Origin: a virus
Lineage: Duplodnaviria > Caudoviricetes
Direction: 5' to 3' (one strand)
DNA length: 37,568 nt
Virus record (IMG/VR): IMGVR_UViG_3300048998_000085
Span: 1 to 37,568 of that record
This document shows, piece after piece, positions 1 to 8,589 of the stretch; within the stretch, counting starts at the first letter, position 1; each line of letters begins with the position of its first letter. The notes under the pieces are model-generated. The model ran no database searches. It saw nothing but the letters and a program-made list of their open reading frames with translations, and was not told the DNA's origin. Both the position numbers and the translations under genes were made by a program.

Positions 1-127
1 GGCGCCCGGCCGGTACGCCGCCGGCTCGACACTACGTCGCACTACTGACAATGAAACCGCGGCGGGTAGGGCGCAGCGATCACCGGCAGGGCCGCCGGCA
101 GGCGAAACCGGCGGAAATTGCCAGCAG
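1..127. repeat. 127-bp direct terminal repeat, left copy (circular assembly overlap)
   Basis: Identical to 37442-37568 (ggcgcccggccggtacg...aattgccagcag). 127 is a common assembler k-mer length. Confidence 0.97.
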
Positions 128-139
128 CACGAACGCAAT

Positions 140-448
140 TCAAATCGGGCATTGAACCTCGAGCCCGGTGAGATCCTCGAGCGCAATGTGCGGCCGATAC
201 GTGAGCAGCAGCGGGCCGTGATAAAGGGCATTGAGACGGTGCCGATCCTCGCGCTCGGTGGTGAACGCGAGCCGAGACTCGCCGAGGCGCCGGTGAGTGA
301 GCTCGGCGACCGTGCCTAACATTTCATCCCATGCCAATTCGGCGCGCCGACCATCGGGCAGCGTGAGCACGTAGTAATTGCCCGGCTCCCACGATATCGT
401 TATCGACTTGACCCGCGCGGGGATCCTCTCGACGCGCCGGGTTATCAC
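140..448 (-). CDS. hypothetical phage protein
   Basis: GTGA overlap with the recT stop; coupled gene near the end of the leftward recombination operon. Confidence 0.65.
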   Translation of the reverse strand: MITRRVERIPARVKSITISWEPGNYYVLTLPDGRRAELAWDEMLGTVAELTHRRLGESRLAFTTEREDRHRLNALYHGPLLLTYRPHIALEDLTGLEVQCPI

Positions 449-1446
449 TTGCCGGCCTTAGCAGTGTTGCTGAGCCGTTTTTTCTTATCCGCGTAGGCGT
501 TGCCGACGATGGTTCGGTGGTCTTGATCGGGCAGACGCTCGGCTAAGCGCGCAGCCGCGGCCGCTTGCTCGAGCGTGGTTGCCGCATCAATGCGCGCGAT
601 GACCGCCTCGAGATCGAATTCTTGCGAGGGCGTTTGCACGGCCGCGTCGGTCTGAGCGGCCTTTTCCTGCAGGCTTGCAGGTTCGCCGTGCGTATCGCTG
701 GCCACCGTCTCGGCTTTCGCCGGCAATGGCTGATCGAGGATTTCCCCCGTGTCGTTATCGATTTGCGCAGGCGCACCCTTAGCGGGGAACTCGGCATCCT
801 TAGCGGGCGCCGACGAGCCGATGCGTTTATTTAGATCGGCCACGTTAGAGGCGTGCGTTACGTCGACCATTTCGCCGTCGATAATCCGATCGCCCTCGTC
901 CGGATCGAAGATCCCGCCCAAGCCGAACGCCACGCGCGCGCATTGGATCAATGCCCGATGGCGCAGCATGCGAGCGCCTGACTGATTCCAGGGATCGGTG
1001 GGGCGATAGCACTCGACGAAATACTCTCGAATCCGCGTCGGGCGGCTCCGATCCTTTCGATACATCGTGCATTGGATATAGGACGGCGCGCCTGCAAATT
1101 TATGGTCCGCGGGCAGATCCGGGCCGTACTCGAATTCCTCGCCGTCATAGACCGTGTTGTCATTGATAATCTTGATCCAACCATCAACGGACACGATCGG
1201 CACAATCCCGCCGCCCTTAGCGGGGAATGCCCATATCTGGCGCAGGAAAGGATTGAGCTTGTATTCGTTGCAAACGCCGATAAACGCCTGCAGCTGAGCG
1301 TCGGTGCCATTCTTGAAAATGGTCTCTTTCAGGACGTCATAAACGCGACCGCCGGAGACGCCGGTAAACTCGCCGAACTTTTCGAGTGCACTTTGCTTAG
1401 CGCGGGCGGCCTGGACGACTGGCGTTGTAGTTGTGGGTTGATTCAT
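445..1446 (-). CDS. recT: RecT/Bet-family single-strand annealing recombinase
   Basis: Motifs LNPFLRQIWAFP, IVSVDGW, CYRPTDPW...RMLRHRALIQCARVAFG.GGIFDPDEG; lies next to the exonuclease gene. Confidence 0.93.
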   Translation of the reverse strand: MNQPTTTTPVVQAARAKQSALEKFGEFTGVSGGRVYDVLKETIFKNGTDAQLQAFIGVCNEYKLNPFLRQIWAFPAKGGGIVPIVSVDGWIKIINDNTVYDGEEFEYGPDLPADHKFAGAPSYIQCTMYRKDRSRPTRIREYFVECYRPTDPWNQSGARMLRHRALIQCARVAFGLGGIFDPDEGDRIIDGEMVDVTHASNVADLNKRIGSSAPAKDAEFPAKGAPAQIDNDTGEILDQPLPAKAETVASDTHGEPASLQEKAAQTDAAVQTPSQEFDLEAVIARIDAATTLEQAAAAARLAERLPDQDHRTIVGNAYADKKKRLSNTAKAGK

Positions 1447-1452
1447 GGGGAG

Positions 1453-2370
1453 TTAGCCTCGGGAAAAATCGGGATTCGTTAGGCGGGTAGCCCAAGCGGG
1501 AAGTGATAACAATTGCACCTTGTCACTGTAGGCGCGCCAGTAGCCCGTCTGCAGCGATTGTGCGTAAAGGAGCATTGCATCCTCGCAACGGCGCGCGCCA
1601 AACGTCAAGGCGTTGGCTTCGAGCACATAAGCGGCGACACCGTGGGGCGGTTCGGATTCGACCGCTAGGAAGATAAAGGCCTTAAGCGATTCGTTACGCA
1701 GATGCTCATGCGCGTTGTTGTACCAGGCGGCCTGCAGATGGTAGAGATACTTTGCGCATGCTCGAGCGAAACCCTCCGGGCTCGCGTCGGCGCACGACTT
1801 CACGTCGACCGCGATTCTGTCGCCGCGCAGGTAATCGAATCGGGCCTTGCAGGGGATATTTAGGCGCGCATCCGTCCATTGAAAACTAACCTCAGACTCG
1901 GCCGTCTCGTCGAGCATGTAGGCCTGGAAAAAAGGATGCTTCCGGACGGCCGCGGCCATGCCTGCTATCGAGCGGGCATCGTCGGCGCGCAATACAAGCT
2001 TGCCCTCGCATTGCGCGTTGAACTCGCCCCACCATTTCATCGCCTCGACGCTCGACGGGCTCGGTTTTTTTGCCGCCCATTGAGCGGCCGTCGGTTTCTT
2101 CGGGGCATCCTCTGGCCGCGAGATAACCTCGTCCGGATAACGCTCGGGCTCGAGAATGGCCATGTGCAACGCGGTGCCGCGATCGAGGGCGCGAGTGGTT
2201 TCTTCCGACCAGAAGTCGCGGTCATACCGAAAATGCGCGGGTGAGCTCGAGACGATGCGTTTGCAGCCGTGGGCGCTTAGCGCCTCGATCGACAGATATT
2301 CGTTGTGGCCGAGATCTTTGCGGATCCCGACAACGTGGGGCTCGCGCGTGGGAGTGACGATGGCATTCAT
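1453..2370 (-). CDS. recE: RecE/exonuclease VIII-like PD-(D/E)XK nuclease (DUF3799-like)
   Basis: GTALH.AILEP, CKARFD...DVKS, YHLQAAWY, FIFLAVE motifs; paired with recT. Confidence 0.9.
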   Translation of the reverse strand: MNAIVTPTREPHVVGIRKDLGHNEYLSIEALSAHGCKRIVSSSPAHFRYDRDFWSEETTRALDRGTALHMAILEPERYPDEVISRPEDAPKKPTAAQWAAKKPSPSSVEAMKWWGEFNAQCEGKLVLRADDARSIAGMAAAVRKHPFFQAYMLDETAESEVSFQWTDARLNIPCKARFDYLRGDRIAVDVKSCADASPEGFARACAKYLYHLQAAWYNNAHEHLRNESLKAFIFLAVESEPPHGVAAYVLEANALTFGARRCEDAMLLYAQSLQTGYWRAYSDKVQLLSLPAWATRLTNPDFSRG

Positions 2371-2549
2371 TCGTGCAGGCGCCTCGGACGGTTAAATTGG
2401 TTAGTGGGGGGCGCGTGCTTGCGCAGTGCCAGCACAACCCCGACGATGACGGACACAAGCCCGCCGATGGCAAGGCCGGTTTCGCCCGCAAAACAAAAGC
2501 CGAGCGCCGATCCATAGGAGAGCACCGCCCAACGATCGCGCGCGGTCAT
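2367..2549 (-). CDS. small membrane protein
   Basis: Two hydrophobic stretches; ATGA coupling on both sides. Confidence 0.7.
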   Translation of the reverse strand: MTARDRWAVLSYGSALGFCFAGETGLAIGGLVSVIVGVVLALRKHAPPTNQFNRPRRLHE

Positions 2550-2686
2550 TTACGGGCCTCGCGGCATGCGCTCAACTCTTTCGTGTCTTTCCAATCCTGA
2601 ATGAACGCCGCCACCATAAAGGCGAGCACGCCACCGACGAGCACCGCGCTGATGAGCACTTGGATCCTGTTTTTTCTGTTTTTCAT
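2546..2686 (-). CDS. 46-aa single-TM protein (below the ORF-track cutoff)
   Basis: Read directly as MKNRKNRIQVLISAVLVGGVLAFMVAAFIQDWKDTKELSACREARK*; ATGA overlaps with both neighbours. Confidence 0.75.
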   Translation of the reverse strand: MKNRKNRIQVLISAVLVGGVLAFMVAAFIQDWKDTKELSACREARK

Positions 2687-3015
2687 AGCACGCCCTCGCT
2701 AGCGAATAAATCGTCGCGCACGATAGCGACGTCGCCGAGGATCATGTGCGTTGTGCCCGGCACGCAATTGCGCCAATAAAGGGCCGTTGCATCATCGTTC
2801 GGGGGCAGGCCTTTTCGGTGGCCGATATCGTCGACGATCATCACAAGCAACGGCTCGCCCAAGTGACGCAAAAGCACGGTGCAGCACGTGGCGGCGTTGA
2901 TCCGCTCGGCGAGGGCTTGGATATTCGGGCGCACCTTGACGTCGATTGGCTCGCTCGACTGGTCGGTGCGGATGATGCGATTTTCGACGGCCGCGCGATT
3001 GTCGGGGTTTAGCAT
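2683..3015 (-). CDS. DUF3846-like phage protein
   Basis: MIVDD.G...LP.N..AT.LY...I.GD.AI pattern; start moved to ATG 3015, which overlaps the upstream gene end. Confidence 0.65.
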   Translation of the reverse strand: MLNPDNRAAVENRIIRTDQSSEPIDVKVRPNIQALAERINAATCCTVLLRHLGEPLLVMIVDDIGHRKGLPPNDDATALYWRNCVPGTTHMILGDVAIVRDDLFASEGVL

Positions 3016-3206
3016 TGGCGGATCTCCTCGCGCAGCGCATGACAAGCGACCTCCCCGAGCATTTCGTTTGCGGCCGCTAGGGCGGCATGCTTGGCGGTTT
3101 GGCACATGGCCACCAGGCTAAGCGCGCCGGCGGCTCGAGCGGCTTGCTCGGCGTGGTTTGCGGCTTGCGCACATTTCAGCAAGTGCGCCAGATTCTTATG
3201 GTTCAT
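3009..3206 (-). CDS. hypothetical protein, first gene of the leftward operon
   Basis: AAGGA RBS upstream; downstream of a clear promoter. Confidence 0.7.
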   Translation of the reverse strand: MNHKNLAHLLKCAQAANHAEQAARAAGALSLVAMCQTAKHAALAAANEMLGEVACHALREEIRQC

Positions 3207-3238
3207 TGTTCGGTTTCCTTGTTATTCAACGCCCGCCG

Positions 3239-3267
3239 AATATAGCACTCGCGCAACTACGCAGCAA
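3239..3267 (-). promoter_or_regulatory. sigma70-like leftward early promoter
   Basis: Minus strand TTGCTG-N17-TATATT with an extended -10 TG. Confidence 0.7.
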
Positions 3268-3380
3268 ACGACCGACCATCGGGTTATGTGCACAAAGTTA
3301 CGCACGCGCTTAACGCTTTCGTCTATGATTCGTCACGTGCGCACCTAAGCGCGCGCGAAACCTAACCCGAGCAGCTGCAA

Positions 3381-3653
3381 ATGAACCAACAAACGCACCA
3401 TACCGAGCGCCTTGCTAAAGCGGCCGCGGCCATCAAAAGCCCCGGCATTTCCCACATCGAAGTGCTCGACGCCAAAAACCGCGAAGAATTCAAAGCCGGG
3501 CAGCTGCTTCGCGTGGTCCGCGAAACGCCGGCCTTTTATCACGTGCTCTCTCACGGTGGCGTCGAGTGGCGCGTAAGCAAAAAGACGAAGCGGCTTATCG
3601 GGACGCTTTGCTCTTTCGTGCGCACCAGCGCGCAACCGACGACGAACCTCTGA
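3381..3653 (+). CDS. hypothetical protein
   Basis: First rightward ORF after the divergent intergenic region; globular-looking sequence. Confidence 0.65.
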   Translation: MNQQTHHTERLAKAAAAIKSPGISHIEVLDAKNREEFKAGQLLRVVRETPAFYHVLSHGGVEWRVSKKTKRLIGTLCSFVRTSAQPTTNL

Positions 3654-3655
3654 GC

Positions 3656-3943
3656 ATGGCCCGACAGATGAAACCCTCGGCCTCAATCGTCCGGGCGCTG
3701 AAAGCCCTACCCGCAACGACCCGCTTTGCGGATCTGATGTTTACCCGCGACGACTTGTGCGACGCAGCGCGGGCGGCCAGCGTGGCGGCCAACCGTCAGG
3801 CCGAGGCGTTGCTCGGCGAGCATGGCGACATCGTTACGCACGAAAACAACGCACGCGATGCGGGCCTCGACGAGCAGATGGTCGGGTTTTGGCCCGCGGT
3901 GGTTGCCTCGATCGAGTGTGCCGACGACTTAGGCACTATTTAG
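3656..3943 (+). CDS. hypothetical protein
   Basis: ATG 2 nt after the previous stop (alternative ATG 3668); followed by a terminator. Confidence 0.6.
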   Translation: MARQMKPSASIVRALKALPATTRFADLMFTRDDLCDAARAASVAANRQAEALLGEHGDIVTHENNARDAGLDEQMVGFWPAVVASIECADDLGTI

Positions 3944-4042
3944 GGCGCGCGCGGGAAAATCGGTTAACATTTCGCTCGCGCTGATTGGGTTTCTTTCGCT
4001 CTTTGGGTTTCTTGCGGTTTCCACGCGACGATGCAGCACCAG

Positions 4043-4087
4043 GGCCCCGGTATTGATTGACCATCGATGCCGGGGCCTTTCCTTTTC
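4043..4087 (+). terminator. Rho-independent terminator
   Basis: 15-bp stem ggccccggtattgat/atcgatgccggggcc (two G-U pairs) followed by tttcctttt. Confidence 0.7.
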
Positions 4088-4092
4088 CGGGT

Positions 4093-4122
4093 TTGGCGAA
4101 ATCGTTAAGCGCGAGCTAAACT
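4093..4122 (+). promoter_or_regulatory. putative promoter for the cro-like gene (probably a leaderless mRNA)
   Basis: TTGGCG-N18-TAAACT ending 6 nt before ATG 4129; no SD present. Confidence 0.45.
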
Positions 4123-4128
4123 CGAGCA

Positions 4129-4482
4129 ATGACACTCGCAGAATATCTCGACTCGGGCAAAGGCTTAGGCCTGTTGCTCGCCGCAGGCCTCGGCGTGGCT
4201 GATACCTACGTCACGCAACTTAAAAACGGCACGCGTGGGATTTCGCCCGAGCGGGCGGTGCAGATCGAGCAGCTGACCGGCGGCCTGGTTTCACGCCTCG
4301 ATACGTGCCCGGATACGTGGTTCAAGCTCTGGCCAGAGCTCGCCGAGCGTTTGCCCAACCGTGTCCCGATTTCCTATCAGCCGCTTAAGCCGATGCAACC
4401 CGTGGCGCCACGGCCACACTCGCCGAACTATCGCGTCAGGCCCCCACGCAAGCCCAAGCCTAAAAACGACCTTTCAGCCTAA
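4129..4482 (+). CDS. cro: Cro-like (YdaS-type) HTH regulator
   Basis: LAAGLGV...VTQLKNGTRGISPERAVQIEQLTGG.V.R...CPD.W..LWPEL; position upstream of the replication gene. Confidence 0.85.
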   Translation: MTLAEYLDSGKGLGLLLAAGLGVADTYVTQLKNGTRGISPERAVQIEQLTGGLVSRLDTCPDTWFKLWPELAERLPNRVPISYQPLKPMQPVAPRPHSPNYRVRPPRKPKPKNDLSA

Positions 4483-4555
4483 TAAACATCGAATTGTCTC
4501 GGCTTAGGCCGGCTTTTGTAGGCGAAAGGCTCGATAATCAGGCCCTCGCACGTGC

Positions 4556-4819
4556 TTGGAAACCCCGCGCAGAATGACCCTAGCAACACCGGCAGCAGCA
4601 GGCGGCCTCCCCGACGGCATCGAAGCTGGTAGCGCCGCCGCCATCGTTTATCGATACCTCGAACGCCAACCGGCGGGCCATTCGGTACCCGTTCGCAAGC
4701 TCTCCAACTTCACGAATTACCCCGTTGCATCGGAGCTCTCGAGCGTCCTTAAACACGTGCCGCGGGTATTCACAACGACAGTGAGCCGCACGGGCAAGCT
4801 GTGGATAAGGCTTGCATAA
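4556..4819 (+). CDS. hypothetical protein, possibly winged-helix
   Basis: Fills the gap between cro and the replication gene; start uncertain. Confidence 0.5.
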   Translation: METPRRMTLATPAAAGGLPDGIEAGSAAAIVYRYLERQPAGHSVPVRKLSNFTNYPVASELSSVLKHVPRVFTTTVSRTGKLWIRLA

Positions 4820-4820
4820 C

Positions 4821-5795
4821 GTGGCTGACGACGAAAAAAACATCGATTCTTGGATGCCAATTTACATCGGCGATTACCTCGCCGATACGATGCACTTTAC
4901 TACCGAGCAGCACGGCGCATATTTGCTGCTGATTTTCCACCATTGGCGCTCCGGGCCGATCCCCGACGACGACGAATCGCTGGCCGCCATTACGAAAATG
5001 GCGCTTCCCGCGTGGCGCAAATTCCGTCCAAAGATCGAACCTAAGTTTATGATTGCAGACGGGTTTTGGACGCAGAAGCGAGCACTCCGGGAAAAGGAAA
5101 AGGCCGCCGGGGTATCCAACAAACGCCGCGACGCCGCCAACAAACGATGGTCAGGCGAAGGCGACGCGCCGAGCAAAGTCGATGCAAAAGGGCATGCAAA
5201 AGGCGATGCAAAACCGGATGCAAAACGCATGCAAACGGGTATGCAAAACACATACAAACGGCATGACAACCACAGTCACAGTCACAAAGAGATAAAAGAA
5301 AAGGCGGCGGCGTCTTTTCCATCGCCATTGCGCGAGGCCAGCGCCAACGACCCAAAACCGCCCGAAACGACGCCGCCGCCGCCTCTTTCGGCTTCGCCTC
5401 CCGAAAAGCCGGAACGACCTCCGCCAACCGCCGACCCAAGCGCCGACGTTGCCGCCCTCCTCGTCGCTCGAGGCGTGCCCGTTCGACCCGAAAACCTCGA
5501 GCGGTTGGCCCGTGAGGGCAGGACGGCCGAGCAGGTTGCCGCCGCGATCACCGAGCTCGAGGAGCGGGGAAAAAGCTTCACCGCCGCCCTCGTCGCCGAC
5601 GTCTGCGCCGATGCAGCAGCACCGCGGATTCGGGGCGTTGCCTCGGCATTCCCGCATTGGCGCCAAGACCCGGGGCACGCCGCGCAACTGTGCGAATCGC
5701 TCGGGATCCCCAACGCTCGCCCCGGTGAGTCGGCCGACGCTTTCCACCGGCGAGTGCTCGACGAGATCGCCCGCCAACGCAAAATCGCCCTATGA
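4821..5795 (+). CDS. DUF1376/YdaU-family replication initiator (lambda O analogue)
   Basis: WMPIYIGDYLADTMHFTTEQHGAYLLLI..W..GPIPDD; contains iterons; GTG 4821 has an AAGG RBS. Confidence 0.88.
   Translation: MADDEKNIDSWMPIYIGDYLADTMHFTTEQHGAYLLLIFHHWRSGPIPDDDESLAAITKMALPAWRKFRPKIEPKFMIADGFWTQKRALREKEKAAGVSNKRRDAANKRWSGEGDAPSKVDAKGHAKGDAKPDAKRMQTGMQNTYKRHDNHSHSHKEIKEKAAASFPSPLREASANDPKPPETTPPPPLSASPPEKPERPPPTADPSADVAALLVARGVPVRPENLERLAREGRTAEQVAAAITELEERGKSFTAALVADVCADAAAPRIRGVASAFPHWRQDPGHAAQLCESLGIPNARPGESADAFHRRVLDEIARQRKIAL
5182..5259 (+). repeat. iteron array, probable replication origin
   Basis: ATGCAAA at 5182, 5194, 5206, 5218, 5229 and 5241, plus variant ATACAAA at 5252; 11-12 bp period, inside the initiator gene. 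Confidence 0.8.
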
Positions 5796-6022
5796 GCCCG
5801 CCCCGGTACAACGACATCGCTAAGCAGGTTGGCCAGGTGGCGCAGCAGGCCGGCAACCTCCCGCTCGATCAGCCCGATCAACCCCGCGCGCATCGCACGC
5901 CGAGCCCCACGGTTTTGGCGTTTTGGGCTCGCATGACCAGGCCGCCCGAGCAGGCGATGGAATACGGGATTTTCCCGCCACATCACCGCCGGCGCGAGCC
6001 GGGCGACGACGACGACCAATGA
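5792..6022 (+). CDS. hypothetical protein with an acidic REPGDDDD tail
   Basis: ATGA coupling on both sides. Confidence 0.65.
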   Translation: MSPPRYNDIAKQVGQVAQQAGNLPLDQPDQPRAHRTPSPTVLAFWARMTRPPEQAMEYGIFPPHHRRREPGDDDDQ

Positions 6023-6279
6023 CCGAAAAAGTCGAACTTTCCCGGGCGCAGATGCTCGAGTATTCGCTCACCGTCGGCCTCGCGCTGGCCAAGCCCGAGG
6101 CGCCACGCCCGAAGCTTTACGCCCGGCATGACATCCTCACCGACGGCACCGCCTACGCGCTCGAATTTGACGGAAGAATCCGCCGGCTCGACGACTCCGA
6201 GGCCTATGCGCTCGGCTTGACCGGGCCGCGCGATACCGACGCCGTGCTCGCCTTTATCCGCGAGCTCGCCGCACAATGA
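6019..6279 (+). CDS. hypothetical protein
   Basis: ATGA-coupled start at 6019 (MTEKVELS). Confidence 0.65.
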   Translation: MTEKVELSRAQMLEYSLTVGLALAKPEAPRPKLYARHDILTDGTAYALEFDGRIRRLDDSEAYALGLTGPRDTDAVLAFIRELAAQ

Positions 6280-6569
6280 CCCGAAACCCTCCCCCGGTGG
6301 TACGCAACCCCGCCGAGGCGCCCGGAATGGTCCGGGATCTTGCCGCCTCGGCGGGTGCCAGCGAATCCCCCTCGAGCTCACTTATCCCCCGTTGTCGCCT
6401 CTACGCACCGGGGCGCGCATGGCATGGGTACGAGGGCAACGTGCTCTCGAAAACCGATAACGGTTGCGTGCTGGTGGTGCTCGACAAGCTCCCCGACGGT
6501 TGGCAATGGCGGCGCGCCTGGTTCGGCGCCGATCAGATCGAACCGATTTTGTGCAGGCCCGCGCCTTAG
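6276..6569 (+). CDS. hypothetical protein (SH3/KOW-like beta pattern)
   Basis: ATGA overlap; G.EG.V.....C.LVVLD...AWF...IEP pattern. Confidence 0.55.
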   Translation: MTRNPPPVVRNPAEAPGMVRDLAASAGASESPSSSLIPRCRLYAPGRAWHGYEGNVLSKTDNGCVLVVLDKLPDGWQWRRAWFGADQIEPILCRPAP

Positions 6570-6633
6570 GGCTATGCCGGTCAAAACCCCCACCTTTCAA
6601 CGCACGCGCAAGCGAGCTCGAGGAGATCCTTCG

Positions 6634-7086
6634 ATGTCGGAATTTCAATATTTCCTGTTGGGCGTTGTGCTGCTTTTCATCGCTGGCGCTCTCGCCTTTT
6701 GGGCTTTCACGCACTACGGCAAAACGCACGATCCATTCTCAGTCGATCTCGACGAGGAGCAGGACGCGAAGCCCGCTCGAGCGGCCCCGTTGCACGCACT
6801 GCAGCCCGAGGATTTCCGCCCGATGACGTCGGCCGAGTGGGCGCGATTCAACCTCGGCAAATCGGCGCGCCTGGACGACCCCGCTTTTAACGCCCCGCTT
6901 GGTAGCGCCAATGCAGGCGCTATGCCGCGCATCGATGAGCCCGTGGTCGACGTGCAGGCCTCGCTCGATCGCATCGCCGCCGAGGAGGCCGCCAAGCCCG
7001 GGGTTGATGTTCAAACCGACGAGGCCGGGCACGTCAAAACCATTCACTTAGGAGCAGCGCACCGTGAAGCTAACCCGCCTATTTGA
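6634..7086 (+). CDS. N-terminally membrane-anchored hypothetical protein
   Basis: AGGAG RBS at 6621 before ATG 6634; TM segment YFLLGVVLLFIAGALAFWAF. Confidence 0.75.
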   Translation: MSEFQYFLLGVVLLFIAGALAFWAFTHYGKTHDPFSVDLDEEQDAKPARAAPLHALQPEDFRPMTSAEWARFNLGKSARLDDPAFNAPLGSANAGAMPRIDEPVVDVQASLDRIAAEEAAKPGVDVQTDEAGHVKTIHLGAAHREANPPI

Positions 7087-7333
7087 TGGCGCCGAAGTCG
7101 AGGGATTTGAGCTCGGCGGCGACGAGCACGCCCAACGGCCGCCGCAATGGTTCTATGACGCGTGCACCGCTAACGTCGCGGTAATGTCGCGCGCCGAGGA
7201 CAACTCGCTATCGGTTGCCGTCAACGGACAGATAGCCCGGCAAGGCGATTGGGTGGTGCTGCAGGCCGGCGGGCTCATTAGCACGGTTAAGGCGTCGGAA
7301 TTCGACACGGTGCTCGCCCGTGCAAACCAGTAA
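7064..7333 (+). CDS. small phage protein, divergent PGDYG/KKPVVIEA-like family
   Basis: AGGAG RBS; VEGF...PQWF...GDWVV...G.I..VK...F pattern. Confidence 0.65.
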   Translation: MKLTRLFDGAEVEGFELGGDEHAQRPPQWFYDACTANVAVMSRAEDNSLSVAVNGQIARQGDWVVLQAGGLISTVKASEFDTVLARANQ

Positions 7334-7577
7334 GCCACCGCTACCGATAACGATGCGCCATCGGGTTGCGCATCTGCTAAGCTTGGCGCCCGTGCACATT
7401 GCGCACCGCCGAGACTCCGAAGGGACAATGTTTATCGGCGTTGTGTGCCAGCGTTGCGGGTGGTTCAAGCCGTACGGCCGATCGAAAGTACAGGGCCGCG
7501 GGCGGCACGAATTAGGATTTGATGGGCGGCCATACGTCGAGCCGCACATTGATTTTGCAAAGCTAGATCGACGATAA
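7320..7577 (+). CDS. hypothetical protein
   Basis: Fills the gap in the operon; contains CxxC. Confidence 0.5.
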   Translation: MQTSKPPLPITMRHRVAHLLSLAPVHIAHRRDSEGTMFIGVVCQRCGWFKPYGRSKVQGRGRHELGFDGRPYVEPHIDFAKLDRR

Positions 7578-7598
7578 AAACGAAATGGATCCGAACAA

Positions 7599-7880
7599 AT
7601 GGCAATCGACACAAATACGTTGCGCAGGCTTAGGCGCGAGCACGACGAGCTCAGCGCGCGAATCTCTAAGGCGTGGCTCGACCAGGCCGACGCGACATTC
7701 GCGAAGCTAGCGAGCATCGACCGCAACCTGCTACAGAAGCAGCTGAGCGTCATGCTCGAATACCGCGTGCTGCTGAGCATGCGGATCGACCGCATCACCG
7801 AGGCGGCCGACGACGAGCCCGAGGAGCAACCGCGCCAGATTCAAAACGGCACCAGCACCGAGGCGTCGATCAATGAGTAA
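7599..7880 (+). CDS. crAss001_48-like helical protein (candidate nucleotide-signal sponge)
   Basis: R...E.DEL..RI.K......F..L...DRNLL..QL.VM.EY..LL.MRI pattern. Confidence 0.7.
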   Translation: MAIDTNTLRRLRREHDELSARISKAWLDQADATFAKLASIDRNLLQKQLSVMLEYRVLLSMRIDRITEAADDEPEEQPRQIQNGTSTEASINE

Positions 7881-8400
7881 GCGAAAAATCCGGCGCCGCA
7901 CGAAAGATCTACTTTTCTATCTCGAGCACGTCGAGGCCGAGACGGCGCGATGCTTAGAGATCCAAAACAGGAATAGCAAGCTGCTGCAGGAGCGGTTCGA
8001 TAAGCTCGAAAAGTTTCAGCAGTTACCCCCACGCGTCGAGGAGCTTGTTAAGGATCTCTCCGACCGGATCGATCGGCTCGACACCGCCGAAAAGCAGCTG
8101 CAGGATCTCGCCCGCCAGGTTACAGACCATGAGGCGCGACTAAATAACTCGCTTCCCGGGCAAATGGACCGCGTTGCGGCGGTCGAGCGGGGAGTGGCGG
8201 AAACCGACGCGAAAGTGCAGGAGCAAATCGACCGCCTCGCGGATCTCGCCCGCCAGGTTGAGCAGCTGCAGATTTTCGCCGCAACGCCCGCGCCTAAGGC
8301 CGAGCCCGAGGCCGAGCACGTGCAGGAGGATCCTTTCGCCCGTGCGCGCAACCTGCAGGCGAAACTCGCCGACGGGCGCAAGTCGAGCTCAAAAGCATGA
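7873..8400 (+). CDS. coiled-coil hypothetical protein
   Basis: Heptad pattern; internal 19-bp repeat ggatctcgcccgccaggtt at 8103 and 8241. Confidence 0.75.
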   Translation: MSKRKIRRRTKDLLFYLEHVEAETARCLEIQNRNSKLLQERFDKLEKFQQLPPRVEELVKDLSDRIDRLDTAEKQLQDLARQVTDHEARLNNSLPGQMDRVAAVERGVAETDAKVQEQIDRLADLARQVEQLQIFAATPAPKAEPEAEHVQEDPFARARNLQAKLADGRKSSSKA

Positions 8401-8588
8401 TCGAACGCGCCGACCCCGCCCGATGGTTCCGGGCGCTCGGCGCGTGCTGCAAATGCGCGCGCCCCGCTCACGGCACATTGTTCGATTTCCGCAATGATTC
8501 GATGGGCGCTTATTGCACGACTTGCGCTAACCGCCGCTTGCGCGAGGCCGATAAAGCCAACGCCAAAGTGGCCCGCAAAGCAGCGTGA
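8397..8588 (+). CDS. small zinc-finger protein
   Basis: CxxC...CxxC; ATGA coupling. Confidence 0.7.
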   Translation: MIERADPARWFRALGACCKCARPAHGTLFDFRNDSMGAYCTTCANRRLREADKANAKVARKAA

Positions 8589-8589
8589 T

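Noticed and set aside
1-127. Biological direct terminal repeat or attachment site
   Set aside because: The length equals a common assembly k-mer and the repeat cuts through a terminator hairpin, so it is best read as a circularisation overlap.
42-152. Possible 36-aa minus-strand ORF (MPDLNCVRAAG...) or structured RNA before the terminator
   Set aside because: RBS spacing is short, there is no recognisable motif, and GC-rich pairing is not distinguishable from chance by eye.
5182-5259. CRISPR-like array
   Set aside because: The 7-bp units with 4-5 bp gaps inside a CDS fit iterons, not repeat-spacer arrays.
8103-8259. 19-bp direct repeat as a regulatory site
   Set aside because: It is in frame (138 nt apart) and encodes DLARQV twice, so it is an internal coiled-coil duplication.
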